Notes: generated by a model not told the origin, from the sequence alone. A stretch of DNA of 64,000 nt from Methanobrevibacter sp. (GCF_017410345.1 NZ_JAFQQZ010000017.1:667-64666); one strand, 5' to 3'. Numbered from the stretch's first letter, positions 1 through 10,749 are shown. Program-made: numbers and translations.

Positions 1-2
1 GA

Positions 3-527
3 GATGCAGCAAGCAAGATTCATGATTTATATGAAACCGCTTCAAAATCAGCTCCTTCTTTAATATTCATTGATGAAATTGATGCAATTGCATTGCATAG
101 GTCTTTCCAATCATTGAGAGGGGATGTTTCTGAAATTGTAAACTCCCTTTTAACTGAAATGGATGGTATCAATCCAAATGAAGGTGTTGTAACAATTGCA
201 GCAACCAATAACCCATCTTCAATTGACTATGCAATCAGAAGCCGTTTTGAAGAGGAAATTGAATTCAAATTGCCAAATGATGAGGAAAGAAAGGAAATTT
301 TCAACTTGTACCTGAATACTTTCCCAATCGCTTATGATTTGGACATTGAAAAATTAGTAAAGCTTTCCAAAAGAATGTCTCCAAGGGACATTAAGGAAAA
401 GATATTGAAAACAGCTCTTCATAATGCAATTATTAATGATAAGGAAAAAGTAACAATGGATGATGTTTATTTTGCATTAGAGCTTAATAAATATGAAAAA
501 GAAGAAGTTAAAGGAATGTTTGAATAA
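3..527 (+). CDS. AAA+ ATPase, C-terminal part (5' end outside window)
   Basis: Frame is open from nt 3 ([30 protein letters not shown]). Walker B IFIDEID, sensor AATN and SRH (AIRSRF) are present. Confidence 0.85.
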   Translation, partial: DAASKIHDLYETASKSAPSLIFIDEIDAIALHRSFQSLRGDVSEIVNSLLTEMDGINPNEGVVTIAATNNPSSIDYAIRSRFEEEIEFKLPNDEERKEIFNLYLNTFPIAYDLDIEKLVKLSKRMSPRDIKEKILKTALHNAIINDKEKVTMDDVYFALELNKYEKEEVKGMFE

Positions 528-622
528 AAACATTCTCTTTTTAACATAATTTTATTTATTTTTTATTTAAATCTATTATTATTTAAATTATTATTTTTAA
601 TTAATTTAATCTATTTTTTAAT

Positions 623-1825
623 TTAATCTCTTTTTAAAATAGCTTCACACATTTTTATGGCATCTTCCTCGTTGTCTTTTGCTGATTTTTTAATGCCTTC
701 AGAAATGTCATAAAATATTTTATTGACTATGGACTGAGTCATCTTATCTATGACTTTTATGTCCTTTGCATCTACCGCATTTAGTTTAACTATGCCCTTT
801 TGACTCTCACGTTGTCTTATCTCTTCCATAGACTCTCTTAAACTACCGAGTAATGAATTTATTTCAATTAAATTAAAGGATTCTTTAAGCAAATCAAACT
901 CACTTTCGATGATCTTTTCTGCTTCGATGACTTCTCTTTCACGAAGCTTTTTATTTTTTTCTGCAATTCCTCTCAAGTCATCGATGTTAAATAGGTCAAT
1001 GCCGATTTCCTTTACATCTTCTGCAATGTCTCTTGGATTTGCAATATCAATGAAAATCATTTTATTTGGTATATTCTCATCAAATACTCTTAATAATCTT
1101 TCTTTATTGATGATTGCGTGTGGCGCTCCAGTGGAACTAATCACTAAATCTGCATTGAGCAATTTCTCTTCTAAGTTGTCAAAGAGAATCGCTTCACCTT
1201 CAAGTTCCTCTGCCAATTTGATTGCTTTGTAGTAAGTTCTGTTTGCAACAAAAATAGCTTTCAAGTTCTTTTCAGCTAATGCCTTTGCAACGAGAGTTCC
1301 CATTTTACCTGCACCAATAACGAGAACATGCTTGTCCTGCAAGTCTCCAAGATGCTCTTCTGTAAGGTCAACAGCTGCTGAACCGATTGAAATTGAACCT
1401 TGATTGATTTTGGTCTTGTTTCTTACAACTTGGCCTACATGGATTGCCTTAGTGAAAACAGCATCTAATTTCTTTCCGCAATGGCCTTCCCTTTCACTTT
1501 TCCTTTTGGCATCCTTTACTTGGCCTAAAATTTGGTCTTCTCCAATGATCATGGATTCCAAACCTGAAGTCATTCTGAATAAATGCAACACTGCTTCATC
1601 ATTGTATTGAATTATTACATACTTGTTTTCACAGTCTAAATCAAGTTTATTGTAATCATCAGTATAAAGGAAATATTCATATCTGTTGCATGTATTGATT
1701 TCAATATATTCTTTAATGTCTATATTTTCTTTTAATGTGGAAAATAATTCTTTTAAGTCTTTTGATACATTTTCCATAGTTTCTATGTCTGCAAGAGTGT
1801 GGTCTACACGTATATTGATTATCAA
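623..1825 (-). CDS. hemA: glutamyl-tRNA reductase
   Basis: TCNRYE catalytic Cys motif, SMIIGEDQILGQ, NADPH-binding VIGAGKMG, DIANPRD. Confidence 0.97.
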   Translation of the reverse strand: MIINIRVDHTLADIETMENVSKDLKELFSTLKENIDIKEYIEINTCNRYEYFLYTDDYNKLDLDCENKYVIIQYNDEAVLHLFRMTSGLESMIIGEDQILGQVKDAKRKSEREGHCGKKLDAVFTKAIHVGQVVRNKTKINQGSISIGSAAVDLTEEHLGDLQDKHVLVIGAGKMGTLVAKALAEKNLKAIFVANRTYYKAIKLAEELEGEAILFDNLEEKLLNADLVISSTGAPHAIINKERLLRVFDENIPNKMIFIDIANPRDIAEDVKEIGIDLFNIDDLRGIAEKNKKLREREVIEAEKIIESEFDLLKESFNLIEINSLLGSLRESMEEIRQRESQKGIVKLNAVDAKDIKVIDKMTQSIVNKIFYDISEGIKKSAKDNEEDAIKMCEAILKRD

Positions 1826-1854
1826 TTTTGATTCTCCTTTATATTATGATAATT

Positions 1855-2478
1855 TTATGATAATTTAGAGTTAATAATATTCTCTACAAGTTCTTTAGCT
1901 TCATCCAATTTATTTTCCTTTAGGCAATTCCTTATTTCCTCATCTGCTAAAATCTTCTCAAGATATTCTCTTCTATCCTTTTGGCTATCTATTTTTTCCT
2001 TTAGTATTTTTCTTGCATGGTCTTGAATCTTTATTTCGAGAATATCCTCTTCTGTAATGATGGATTGGATTTTTTTTCTAAGTTCTCTTGCCATTAAAGG
2101 GCTTTGTCCATTTGTATAAATGGATATTTCTATATCATCTATCAAGAAACTTGTAGGTGCGATTATATTGCCTTTTTCTGGTTTATCTGCCCTATTTATT
2201 AATTTTCCTTGACTGATGGATGCTATGTATTCACATAATTCCTCATCACCACTTGCAGTGATTACTATATCACTCCATTTAACCATTTCATCAAGGTCTT
2301 TTAACGGGGTTAAAATAGCTCCTTTTTCAGTCAATTCCTCATCAATTGAATTTCCTGCCAAAATAACATTTGCACCTTTGTCTAAAAAGCGATGAGCTCT
2401 TCTTGTAGCTACTTCTCCAGTGCCTAAAATAAAAACATTCTTGTTTTCCACTTCAAAAAAGAGAGAAGTCAATCCCAT
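1855..2478 (-). CDS. precorrin-2 dehydrogenase / siroheme synthase N-terminal (SirC/CysG-N family)
   Basis: Rossmann ILGTGEVATRR, INRAD, ISIYTNGQSPLMARELR; directly upstream of hemA. Confidence 0.9.
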   Translation of the reverse strand: MGLTSLFFEVENKNVFILGTGEVATRRAHRFLDKGANVILAGNSIDEELTEKGAILTPLKDLDEMVKWSDIVITASGDEELCEYIASISQGKLINRADKPEKGNIIAPTSFLIDDIEISIYTNGQSPLMARELRKKIQSIITEEDILEIKIQDHARKILKEKIDSQKDRREYLEKILADEEIRNCLKENKLDEAKELVENIINSKLS

Positions 2479-2537
2479 AGTATCACGTTATTCTGCTTCA
2501 ATTGATAAATTTTGATAAATAGAATATTTTGCAATAT

Positions 2538-3020
2538 TTATTTTTCTTCCAATTGTTTAAGTTTTAATAATTTAACTGCCATTCTTAAATCATTGTTACA
2601 GTCTGCAAGTACCTTTTCAGCTTCAGCTTCGCTGATGTCAAATGTTTGTGAAAGTGCAAATACCGCTTCATTTGATGTTGGTGGGGTGCCTGCATTTAAG
2701 ATTACTTCAGATAATTCCTTTTTAAGGTCCATGTATTCTTCTTCAGTCATTCCTATTTGATTTAATGTCATGTCCCTTAAAGGACAAGGTTTTGAAGTCT
2801 TGCAGCACCATACTAGTGAACCGAAACAGGTTGCTGGGCCTTCCCCTAATCTGGTTTCCCTTGCAAATTTTTGTTTGATGTCCAAGAATTCCTGAGGAGT
2901 CAAGCCCACTTCCCTTAAAGCTCCCATAATAGGGCAAGGCTTTACAGGGGGACAACAGAATGCGAGTCCTCTCACATCTCCTCCTCTACAAATATGTGAC
3001 GGTGAATTTTCCCATACCAT
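2538..3020 (-). CDS. methanogenesis marker protein 9 (Cys-rich) with C-terminal helical UBA-like tail
   Basis: [23 protein letters not shown] and WCCKTSKPC, the duplicated CCxxxKPC motif of marker domain 9. Confidence 0.9.
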   Translation of the reverse strand: MVWENSPSHICRGGDVRGLAFCCPPVKPCPIMGALREVGLTPQEFLDIKQKFARETRLGEGPATCFGSLVWCCKTSKPCPLRDMTLNQIGMTEEEYMDLKKELSEVILNAGTPPTSNEAVFALSQTFDISEAEAEKVLADCNNDLRMAVKLLKLKQLEEK

Positions 3021-3254
3021 AGTTTTTCCTCTAATCTCTAAATAATAAATATAAAATATGTTTTAATTTTATTTAATTAATATTATAACATAAATAATTT
3101 TGTTTGTTTATATTAATATAAGTTTTTAATTATATTTGAAAATCTTTATAAAAATAGTTTATTAAATCTAAAATTTTCTTTAAATCTTAAAGAATTATTA
3201 ATAGAAAAATAGTTAAAAAAGTAAAAAAAAAAATAAAAAAGAAAAGAAAAAGAC

Positions 3255-4865
3255 CTAATGGTCTTTAATCATGTCAGCTTTTTCTTCACCAGTCAATTCT
3301 GCAACGATTTCTTCTGGAGTTCCAGTACTGAGGAGTTTTCCTCCTCTCATTAGGCTTGCCTTGTCACAGACATCCAATACGAAATCCATATCGTGAGAAA
3401 TGATTACAAAGGTTTGATCCAATTCGTCTCTTGCCTTCAAGATGGAATTGGTTACAATGATTCTTGTAACTGGGTCCATTGTACCTGTAGGTTCGTCCAA
3501 TACGACAATATTCGGCTCTTTAATGAGAACTTGTGCAAGAGCGACCCTGTGTCTTTCCCCTCCACTTAACTCATCTTGCCATTTGCTTAATATGCTCATG
3601 GATTTGTCTTTCTCGAATCCTACAGTTTCAAGAATGTGAGCCGCCTTGATTTTTGCAAATTCTGCAGGCAAGTTCAAGCTGATAGCATCGGTTAAGTTTC
3701 CTAATATGTCTCTGTGTGGGTATAATGAGTATTCTTGGTGCAACAATCCTAAGTATGGAGTTACACGGCCTCTGTTTAATGGGCCTGGCTTTTTCATGTC
3801 AATCCATTGGTCACCTAATCTTATTTCAAGTTCTCCGGCACTTGGTTCAGTGAGTCCAATCATCATTCTGGTCAAGGTAGTCTTTCCGGATCCACTAAGA
3901 CCTACAATACCGTAAATCTCTCCTTGGTTGATTGTTAAGCTTACGCCGTCTACAGCTTTTACCACTCCTCTTTCAATGGAATAGTAATGCTTTTTAATGT
4001 CTTGAACTCTAATTATCTCTTCGGTGTGTTCAACTTTTTCAACCTGTTCAGCTTGTGGGACAGTTTCAAGGAATTTTGGAACAATAACGTCAGGGTGGCC
4101 ATGTTCAATGATTTCTCCATGGTCCAACCAGATTGCATCATCAGCCAAGTGATTCATAACTTCAGGCCAGTGGGAAGTGATTACCATACTGATTCCTTCA
4201 TCCTTTACACCTTCAATCAGGGTTTGGTGAAGCTTTTCAGCGGTTTGTGGGTCTAATGTACCTGTTGGTTCGTCTGCTAAAAGCAACATAGGGTTTTTAG
4301 CCAATTGTCTTGCAAGCACTACCCTTTGCTTTTCTCCTCCACTTAAGTCACGTGCAACGTGAGTTACCCTGTGGCTCATTTGAACCATTTCCAATAAGTC
4401 AATAGCATTGTAGATATTCTCTTCTTCGTATCTTCCTTCGTCACCCATTGCATTCAATACGTTGTCAATTACAGTCTGTTCATCGTATAATGCAAAGTTC
4501 CTTTGGAGCATAATGGAAATTCTTCTTCTGATTGCAGCTTTTTCCAACCTTCCTGCATTCCAGAAGTCAATTTCTTGAGGTTTTAATTCAGCTCCACATT
4601 CCGGACATTTTCCGCCGGCCTTTGAAGCAGGTTCAACATGCAAACATTTTTTGTTCTCACAGATTGCCAAGTCAAAGATAACTTGCCCGCTGTCTGGAGC
4701 ATATTCCTTAGTACCTCTTAGCATGTTGATTAAAACAGATTTTCCACTACCACTTCTACCGAGAATACCTAAAGTGGAACCTTCCTCTATAGTTAAGTTA
4801 ATATCTTTGAGGACCGGTTCCCCATTAAATGACTTATTAATATTTTTTAAAGTTATGAAAGACAT
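3255..4865 (-). CDS. atwA: methyl-coenzyme M reductase system component A2 (dual ABC ATPase)
   Basis: Two ABC cassettes (GRSGSGKS...LSGGEKQR; GLSGSGKT...LSGGERHR), a Cys-rich Zn insert and no transmembrane segments. Confidence 0.95.
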   Translation of the reverse strand: MSFITLKNINKSFNGEPVLKDINLTIEEGSTLGILGRSGSGKSVLINMLRGTKEYAPDSGQVIFDLAICENKKCLHVEPASKAGGKCPECGAELKPQEIDFWNAGRLEKAAIRRRISIMLQRNFALYDEQTVIDNVLNAMGDEGRYEEENIYNAIDLLEMVQMSHRVTHVARDLSGGEKQRVVLARQLAKNPMLLLADEPTGTLDPQTAEKLHQTLIEGVKDEGISMVITSHWPEVMNHLADDAIWLDHGEIIEHGHPDVIVPKFLETVPQAEQVEKVEHTEEIIRVQDIKKHYYSIERGVVKAVDGVSLTINQGEIYGIVGLSGSGKTTLTRMMIGLTEPSAGELEIRLGDQWIDMKKPGPLNRGRVTPYLGLLHQEYSLYPHRDILGNLTDAISLNLPAEFAKIKAAHILETVGFEKDKSMSILSKWQDELSGGERHRVALAQVLIKEPNIVVLDEPTGTMDPVTRIIVTNSILKARDELDQTFVIISHDMDFVLDVCDKASLMRGGKLLSTGTPEEIVAELTGEEKADMIKDH

Positions 4866-5062
4866 AAGCCCACCTTGATAATTAGTTGATTATTATTAAT
4901 TTTATTTTTTAGATTGTTATTATTGATATTTAATTGAATTCAATATCAAAAATTAATTTATTAAATTATATGTATATTATTTATAAACGATATTATTAAT
5001 ATAAATTTTGATATTTTTTTATATTCTTATTACTTTTTTCTTTTTGAATAATTGGATTTTTT

Positions 5063-5719
5063 TTAATTCTTATGTTTGGATCCACATAGGGGAGTTCCGC
5101 ATTCGGGACATTTGATGTTTCTGCATGGGAAACCTCTAATCTTCGGTGCTATGTAACCGCAATTAGGACATTCGCATGCTTTTGATGGTCCCCTGCCGCT
5201 TCCGGGACCTCCGAATGATTTCCTTTCATTCAATGGAACATCTTCCTCTCCAATATCGCAAATTTGAGTTTTTGATGATTTGATTTGCGCATTCTTATTC
5301 AAATCAAGATCATTCAAATTTTTAATTATTTCAATATTTTCAGATTTGCAGTCTGGACAGTTAGTGTATTCCTTTTTTGGATTGTTCCATTGGAATCCAC
5401 AGTTCTTGCAGATATAAATCTTATCTTCGCTATAAAAATTTTCATTGTTTATTTCAATTTTCTTACCTTCTATCAAAGACATTGCTGTCTTCTTTCTTGC
5501 AGAATTGATTATTCTATGGAATGTCGGCTGTGAGATTCCCATTAATTCCGCAGCTTCCTTTTGCTTTATATTGTGATAATCACCTAATCTGATTGCTTCA
5601 AACTCATCAAGATTCATCTTTATGGCTTCAAAATCATCTTCCCTTGAGATGTCCCCATGTTGAAGGCAAGTATAGTCAGGTTTCTTCACAATTCTTCTTT
5701 CAATCTTTGGCCTAACCAT
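5063..5719 (-). CDS. DUF134 HTH protein with C-terminal zinc ribbons
   Basis: MNLDEFEAIRLGD...AAELMGISQPTFHRII (DUF134), followed by CKNC, CPDC, CECPNC and CxxxxCPEC motifs. Confidence 0.85.
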   Translation of the reverse strand: MVRPKIERRIVKKPDYTCLQHGDISREDDFEAIKMNLDEFEAIRLGDYHNIKQKEAAELMGISQPTFHRIINSARKKTAMSLIEGKKIEINNENFYSEDKIYICKNCGFQWNNPKKEYTNCPDCKSENIEIIKNLNDLDLNKNAQIKSSKTQICDIGEEDVPLNERKSFGGPGSGRGPSKACECPNCGYIAPKIRGFPCRNIKCPECGTPLCGSKHKN

Positions 5720-5963
5720 TTATTCTCTCCTTATTTCTTTGGAATTTCCTTAATTTGATATATTGATAATGATTTCATTATGAATATATATTTATTATGA
5801 ATATATATTCATAACATTTAATATATAGTTTGTCTTTTGAAAATGTGCGATCCATCCCTAAAGCAAAATTTTATTAACTAAAAATACAAATTTAAAATAA
5901 ATAGATTTCTAGGATAAAATATTAAAAATCAATTTTTTTCAAACAATTTTTTGAGGGATTTGA

Positions 5964-6218
5964 ATGGGTGAACTATCTAAACTGCCAAATATTGGTAAAG
6001 TAGTGGAAAAGCAATTAAATGATGTTGGAATAGATACTGTTGATGAATTGATTGATCTTGGCAGTAAAGAGGCATGGTTAATAATTAAGGAAATAGATGA
6101 TAACGCATGTCTAAATAGATTGATGGCATTGGAAGGAGCCATACAAAATATTCGTTGGCATAGCTTATCTGATGAAGATAAGGATGATTTAAGGTATTTT
6201 TATAATTCCCAAAAGTAA
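5964..6218 (+). CDS. TfoX C-terminal (helix-hairpin-helix) domain protein
   Basis: LSKLPNIGKVVEKQLNDVGI...LMALEGAIQNIRW matches the TfoX_C pattern; RBS GAGG upstream. Confidence 0.8.
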   Translation: MGELSKLPNIGKVVEKQLNDVGIDTVDELIDLGSKEAWLIIKEIDDNACLNRLMALEGAIQNIRWHSLSDEDKDDLRYFYNSQK

Positions 6219-6310
6219 ATAGTTGAATTTAAAATAATAATCTTGGTAAAAACACTTTGAGAATTTATAAAAAAGAGAAAAATAATTAAAAATAGTAAAA
6301 ATGAGAATAA

Positions 6311-7036
6311 TTAGATTCTAATCTCATTTAAATCAAAATTCAATTTTCCACCAATGGCTGCTCTAGCTATTGAAATTCCATTTGCTCCGGCTTTTAACAT
6401 TTTTTCTGCTTGTGCAATGGAATTAATTGAGTTGTTTCCAATGATGAAGATATTGGCATTTTCTGATATTTGTTTTATCAAATCAAAATCAGCATCCCTT
6501 ACACCTTTTTTCATGGCATCTATGTGCAAGTAGTCCACTCCACAATCCTCTGCTAGTTTAGCTATTTCAAGGTTGTCCACTCCTTCGACATTGGCTCTCA
6601 TTTTCATGGATACTTGGGACTGGGATCTTTTGACAACTTCCTTGATGTAGTCTTCCAGATCTGCTCTTAAAAGCATTGCTTGTCCGCAACCGGCTTCAAC
6701 AAGTTCCTCTTGTCTGCAATGGCAATTGATTTCAATGATGTCAAGATTCGGTATTTTGCTGATTTCGATAAGAGGGTCTGGAGTGCTTCCTCTTAAGTTG
6801 GCGCTTACGCTTACATCAAAATTGTCTTTTATGGTGTTAACTTCGTTTTCAATTACATTATAGATTTCATCTTTAGGGTAATTGAACTCTTTCCTGCCTC
6901 TGGCTATGATTCTTTCACAGGCGTCTATTGATTCGTTGTCAGTATTGTATCCTCCAATAGTGACTGTGTCAAATCCGTAAGGTATAAGTTTCATTGCAAA
7001 TTCCGCATTTGTAATTCCTGCCATCGGTGCAAGCAC
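6311..7036 (-). CDS. MJ0144-family dihydrouridine-synthase-like (NifR3-type) TIM-barrel flavoprotein
   Basis: LAPMAGIT, EINCHCRQ, LHID, IIGNNSI, ISIARA. Start is GTG at 7036 or possibly ATT at 7042 (see findings). Confidence 0.85.
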   Translation of the reverse strand: MLAPMAGITNAEFAMKLIPYGFDTVTIGGYNTDNESIDACERIIARGRKEFNYPKDEIYNVIENEVNTIKDNFDVSVSANLRGSTPDPLIEISKIPNLDIIEINCHCRQEELVEAGCGQAMLLRADLEDYIKEVVKRSQSQVSMKMRANVEGVDNLEIAKLAEDCGVDYLHIDAMKKGVRDADFDLIKQISENANIFIIGNNSINSIAQAEKMLKAGANGISIARAAIGGKLNFDLNEIRI

Positions 7037-7147
7037 TTTAATGTTAACACTTCCTTATTGATATCATTATTCTAAAAATAGTTAAAAAAATTGAAAATAG
7101 AAAATAAAAAGGAAATAAAAAAGGTATTAAGTGAAAATAAGATTTGT

Positions 7148-7909
7148 TTAAAGTTCATCAATTACGTGTATCCATTCCTTATTATTTCCTGCACGGATTA
7201 TTTCAAGTCCGATGTCTGCCATATAAGCGGCATCTTCCATATTGTCCGCTCTGCCGATTCCCGCTTTAAGGCCAATTCCTATTTCATCATAGATTTCCTT
7301 AAGTATTTGAGTAATGTCCTCTTCACTTAAGCCATTGCATGGGGACATGAAATTGTCTCCGCCGATGAAGAACAATAATGCTCCTTTTTCTCTGAGTTTA
7401 GTCATCAAGTAATGTTGTGCCTTATTTACCATAAAGCTTGTATCGAAAGCAGATTCGATATCAGTCAATGTTTCGGTAACGCTGTTGATATCAATGTGTG
7501 CAGCTTGTACGAAACTGTCTTCCGGGTCTTCAATGAGGTTGTTGATTGCTAAAATTTCTTTTCTGCCAGAAGATTGAGCTCCACCTTCCTTTTGAAGTGC
7601 GATTGTTGCGAGTCTTTGAGCTTCGTGTGCAGTTTCTGCTGCCCCTACACCCATACTGATTGTGATTGGGTATCTGTTTCTAATAGATCTTTGAATTCTC
7701 ATGTGGTCCTCTTCGTTAAGACCGTTTGTTACTGCGAGTAAGTTATCAAATCTTGTAAAGAACACTAAACCTTTTTTAGCAGCTATTAATCTTTGCACAT
7801 CTGCAAAAAGCTCTGCTTGTAAGATTTGAAGGTCAGATTCTGTACGTGGTCTTGGAGTTACTGTCCATGGACCATAATTGTCGATTTGTATCAAAGTCAT
7901 TTGTATCAT
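7148..7909 (-). CDS. gch3: GTP cyclohydrolase III (IIa)
   Basis: [41 protein letters not shown]. Confidence 0.95.
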   Translation of the reverse strand: MIQMTLIQIDNYGPWTVTPRPRTESDLQILQAELFADVQRLIAAKKGLVFFTRFDNLLAVTNGLNEEDHMRIQRSIRNRYPITISMGVGAAETAHEAQRLATIALQKEGGAQSSGRKEILAINNLIEDPEDSFVQAAHIDINSVTETLTDIESAFDTSFMVNKAQHYLMTKLREKGALLFFIGGDNFMSPCNGLSEEDITQILKEIYDEIGIGLKAGIGRADNMEDAAYMADIGLEIIRAGNNKEWIHVIDEL

Positions 7910-8098
7910 ATATTTTCACCTAATATTAATATATTTAGTTATAACTAAATTAGTATTTAAACTTTAAGCATTTAATTATTGATTTTTTAAATATTTTATA
8001 GTTTTTAATAATTATTTTTGGTTTTTTATTAATTATTTTTTAATATGAAGTATTTTGTAATAATTTTTTTTTAAAAAGTTTTGTAAAGCTAAAATTAA

Positions 8099-9001
8099 CT
8101 ATTCTAAAACAACTTTGGCAAGATTGATCTTATCTTCAATTGTTTTCATGAATGTGTTGGTTACAATGACATTTGGAATGATCTCTTCAATTTCCTCTTT
8201 AAATTCTGCATCCTGATTATCAATGACAAATTTGCTTAAGAAAGGCTTGTAAATCTCTGCCACACCGATTGAAGAGCTTTCATAGCCAAAGGCATTCATG
8301 AATTGTCCTGCAGGGCCACTGAATGCAGATTTTCCTACAAATGGTGAAACTGCAATGACCTCTTTCTCTTTTAAAGCCTCCACAACACCATCTAGGGAGA
8401 CAATCGGTCTTATTGATGTGATTGGATTTGAAGGGCCAATGATAACCTTGTCAGATTCATTGATTGCCTCAATGAGTTTTGGACTAGGCTTTACATTGCC
8501 ATATTTCACTTCAAGAACTTCACACTTGCATTGGTATTTGATTAAAAAGTCATGGAACTCGATTTCACCATATTCTTTTGTGACGATTGTTATTTCAGAC
8601 TCTTCATCGCTCATAGGAATGATGGTTGCCTTTACACCTAACTTTTCTTTTTGAAGTTCCACAATTTCAGACAGTGTCCAGCCTTCATCTAAAAGAATTG
8701 CCTTTTGAAGTTTGGTTGCCCTGTCCCTATCTCCCAATTTAAGCAGTTCAGTGGTTCCCATTTCAATTAGCTGTTCTCTAACTATGAATGTGTCTCCCTT
8801 AATTCCGTACCAGAATTCATCGTCTATCATATCTGCAAAGGTATACATTACAGTATCAATGTCTGCTGCAATGTATCCTCCGGACATGTAAAGGTTTTCC
8901 ACGGTATTCACTATAACGTTGATTTCCTCTTCAGGATAGATTTCCTTTATTCCTTGGATAAGTTTTGGAGTTCCAGTGCCTCCAGAAAGTATGGTTATCA
9001 T
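8099..9001 (-). CDS. cofD: LPPG:FO 2-phospho-L-lactate transferase
   Basis: ILSGGTGTPKL, DIDTVMY, LGDRDRAT, IGPSNPITSI. Confidence 0.96.
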   Translation of the reverse strand: MITILSGGTGTPKLIQGIKEIYPEEEINVIVNTVENLYMSGGYIAADIDTVMYTFADMIDDEFWYGIKGDTFIVREQLIEMGTTELLKLGDRDRATKLQKAILLDEGWTLSEIVELQKEKLGVKATIIPMSDEESEITIVTKEYGEIEFHDFLIKYQCKCEVLEVKYGNVKPSPKLIEAINESDKVIIGPSNPITSIRPIVSLDGVVEALKEKEVIAVSPFVGKSAFSGPAGQFMNAFGYESSSIGVAEIYKPFLSKFVIDNQDAEFKEEIEEIIPNVIVTNTFMKTIEDKINLAKVVLE

Positions 9002-9094
9002 GTTAACACTCTTGCCAGTATTTTTATTTTTTCATTATTTGCATCGTTTATAAGTTTTAGAAATAATTTCGATAAGTATTTTTAATTTTTAACT

Positions 9095-9604
9095 TTAAAA
9101 TTCTTCTTTTAATGGAGCTCCACATTCAGGACATGGAGTCTTTTCAGAAATTACTAAAGACATTTCACCATTGCAGTTAGGGCAATTGTTATTTTCAAGA
9201 ATCTTTCGTCTGTCCTTGTAAAATGTCTTTTTAAAATCAAAAAACAGTATTTTGTAATTATGATTATTTATGGAAATTTCTTTAGTCAATATATCTTCAA
9301 TTTCATCCTGATTAAATAGTTCATTGTCTTCTGGAACATAGGTTTTAATTAATTTTTTACAATTCGGACAATAGTTTTCATAAAGGAATCCTGAAATCAG
9401 TGATTTGGTCATCTTATCTGAATTTTCCTTGTTGTGGCTGTCTTCAATAAGATTCAGATAATGGGATTTTGAATCATCTTCATCATTTGAATAAAAATTT
9501 AAGATTGATTCCAAATCATCCAAATCAGTATCCAAATAGAAAATCAGATTCTTATCTAAAAATGAGAAATCACAGCTTTCACATTTAAAATTAATTTCAA
9601 CCAT
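9095..9604 (-). CDS. hypothetical protein with four CxxC motifs
   Basis: CESC, CPNC, CPNC, CPEC; RBS AGAGGG upstream; lies between cofE and cofD. Confidence 0.7.
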   Translation of the reverse strand: MVEINFKCESCDFSFLDKNLIFYLDTDLDDLESILNFYSNDEDDSKSHYLNLIEDSHNKENSDKMTKSLISGFLYENYCPNCKKLIKTYVPEDNELFNQDEIEDILTKEISINNHNYKILFFDFKKTFYKDRRKILENNNCPNCNGEMSLVISEKTPCPECGAPLKEEF

Positions 9605-9688
9605 GTTACCCTCTGGATTATTGTAATTATTTTTTGAATAGAATTATGAATTAAGAAAATAATAATTATTGATTTATGATTTGATTGA

Positions 9689-10453
9689 TTATTTTCTGAA
9701 CACATCAAACTCTTTTGGTCTAAGCAATGGCTTGATTCCAGTTTCAGTGTCTCTTAAGTGATCAAATGCTGCAAATCCTCTGATTAGGACTATTGGGATT
9801 CCTTCATTTGCCTGTCCCATCAATAGGGATGCGGCAGCTGCAAGCTCATCCGCTGTAGCGACTTCAGTTGTTTCAAGAGCTCTGCCGAAGAGGTCTTCCT
9901 CACCGATTCTAACCCAAATGGGATTGATTCCAGAGCAGCCAATTGCTGTTCCGATTGCACCTACTCTAAATGCCCTTCCTTGTGTGTCTGTAATAATCAC
10001 TGCAATCTTCTTGCCGGTTTTCTCTTCCAGATATTCCCTTATGTTCTTAGCGGATTCGTCAGGATTTTCAGGTATAGGTGTTGCAAGTCCCGCTTCAACA
10101 TTGGATTCATCAATACCTGAATTTGCACAGACAAAGCCATGCTTGGTTTCGGTAACAATGAAATTAGGTCCCACTGCAACAATTTCATTTGATTGGCGAA
10201 GTACGATTTCCACAATCTTAGGGTCCTTCTTACATTTTGCTGCAACTTCAATGGCTTCTTCGGAAGGAACGATATCATCGATTTTTATGATGTTTCCTTC
10301 TGCCTTTGAAATCAATGTTTCAGCAATGAGAAGAATGTCTCCATCTTCAAGGCTCATCTTTTCCTTTTCCAAATCCTCTTCAATAATCTTGGCTATATTG
10401 TCTCCCTTTTGAACTAAAGGAATTTCTTTCAATCCATATAATTTTAAAGTCAT
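9689..10453 (-). CDS. cofE: coenzyme F420-0:L-glutamate ligase
   Basis: IAETLISKAEG, ANSGIDESN, IITDTQGRAFRVG, ADELAAAASLLMGQ. Confidence 0.97.
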   Translation of the reverse strand: MTLKLYGLKEIPLVQKGDNIAKIIEEDLEKEKMSLEDGDILLIAETLISKAEGNIIKIDDIVPSEEAIEVAAKCKKDPKIVEIVLRQSNEIVAVGPNFIVTETKHGFVCANSGIDESNVEAGLATPIPENPDESAKNIREYLEEKTGKKIAVIITDTQGRAFRVGAIGTAIGCSGINPIWVRIGEEDLFGRALETTEVATADELAAAASLLMGQANEGIPIVLIRGFAAFDHLRDTETGIKPLLRPKEFDVFRK

Positions 10454-10749
10454 AATTAAATGTTGTAATAATAAAATATAAAAAACTATTGATATAAGTT
10501 TTAGAAAATTATTATCTGCTTTAATAATTAACTTATTTTAAAAAATGTGATTTCATTTGAATTTTTATTAAAAAATTAAAATAATGCTTTATTTTTTCTA
10601 TTTTTTCTTAAAAATTAACAATATGCTTTTATATTAAAAATAACAAAAATTATATTAATATTAATTAATAATTGATGATTTTTTCATGAAAAAAACTTAA
10701 ATCATTATTCTATTATTTAATCATTGAATTAATTTCTTAAGAGGATACT

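Noticed and set aside
4560-4680. Cys-rich insert in the AtwA first ABC domain
   Set aside because: A known zinc-binding feature of component A2, not novel.
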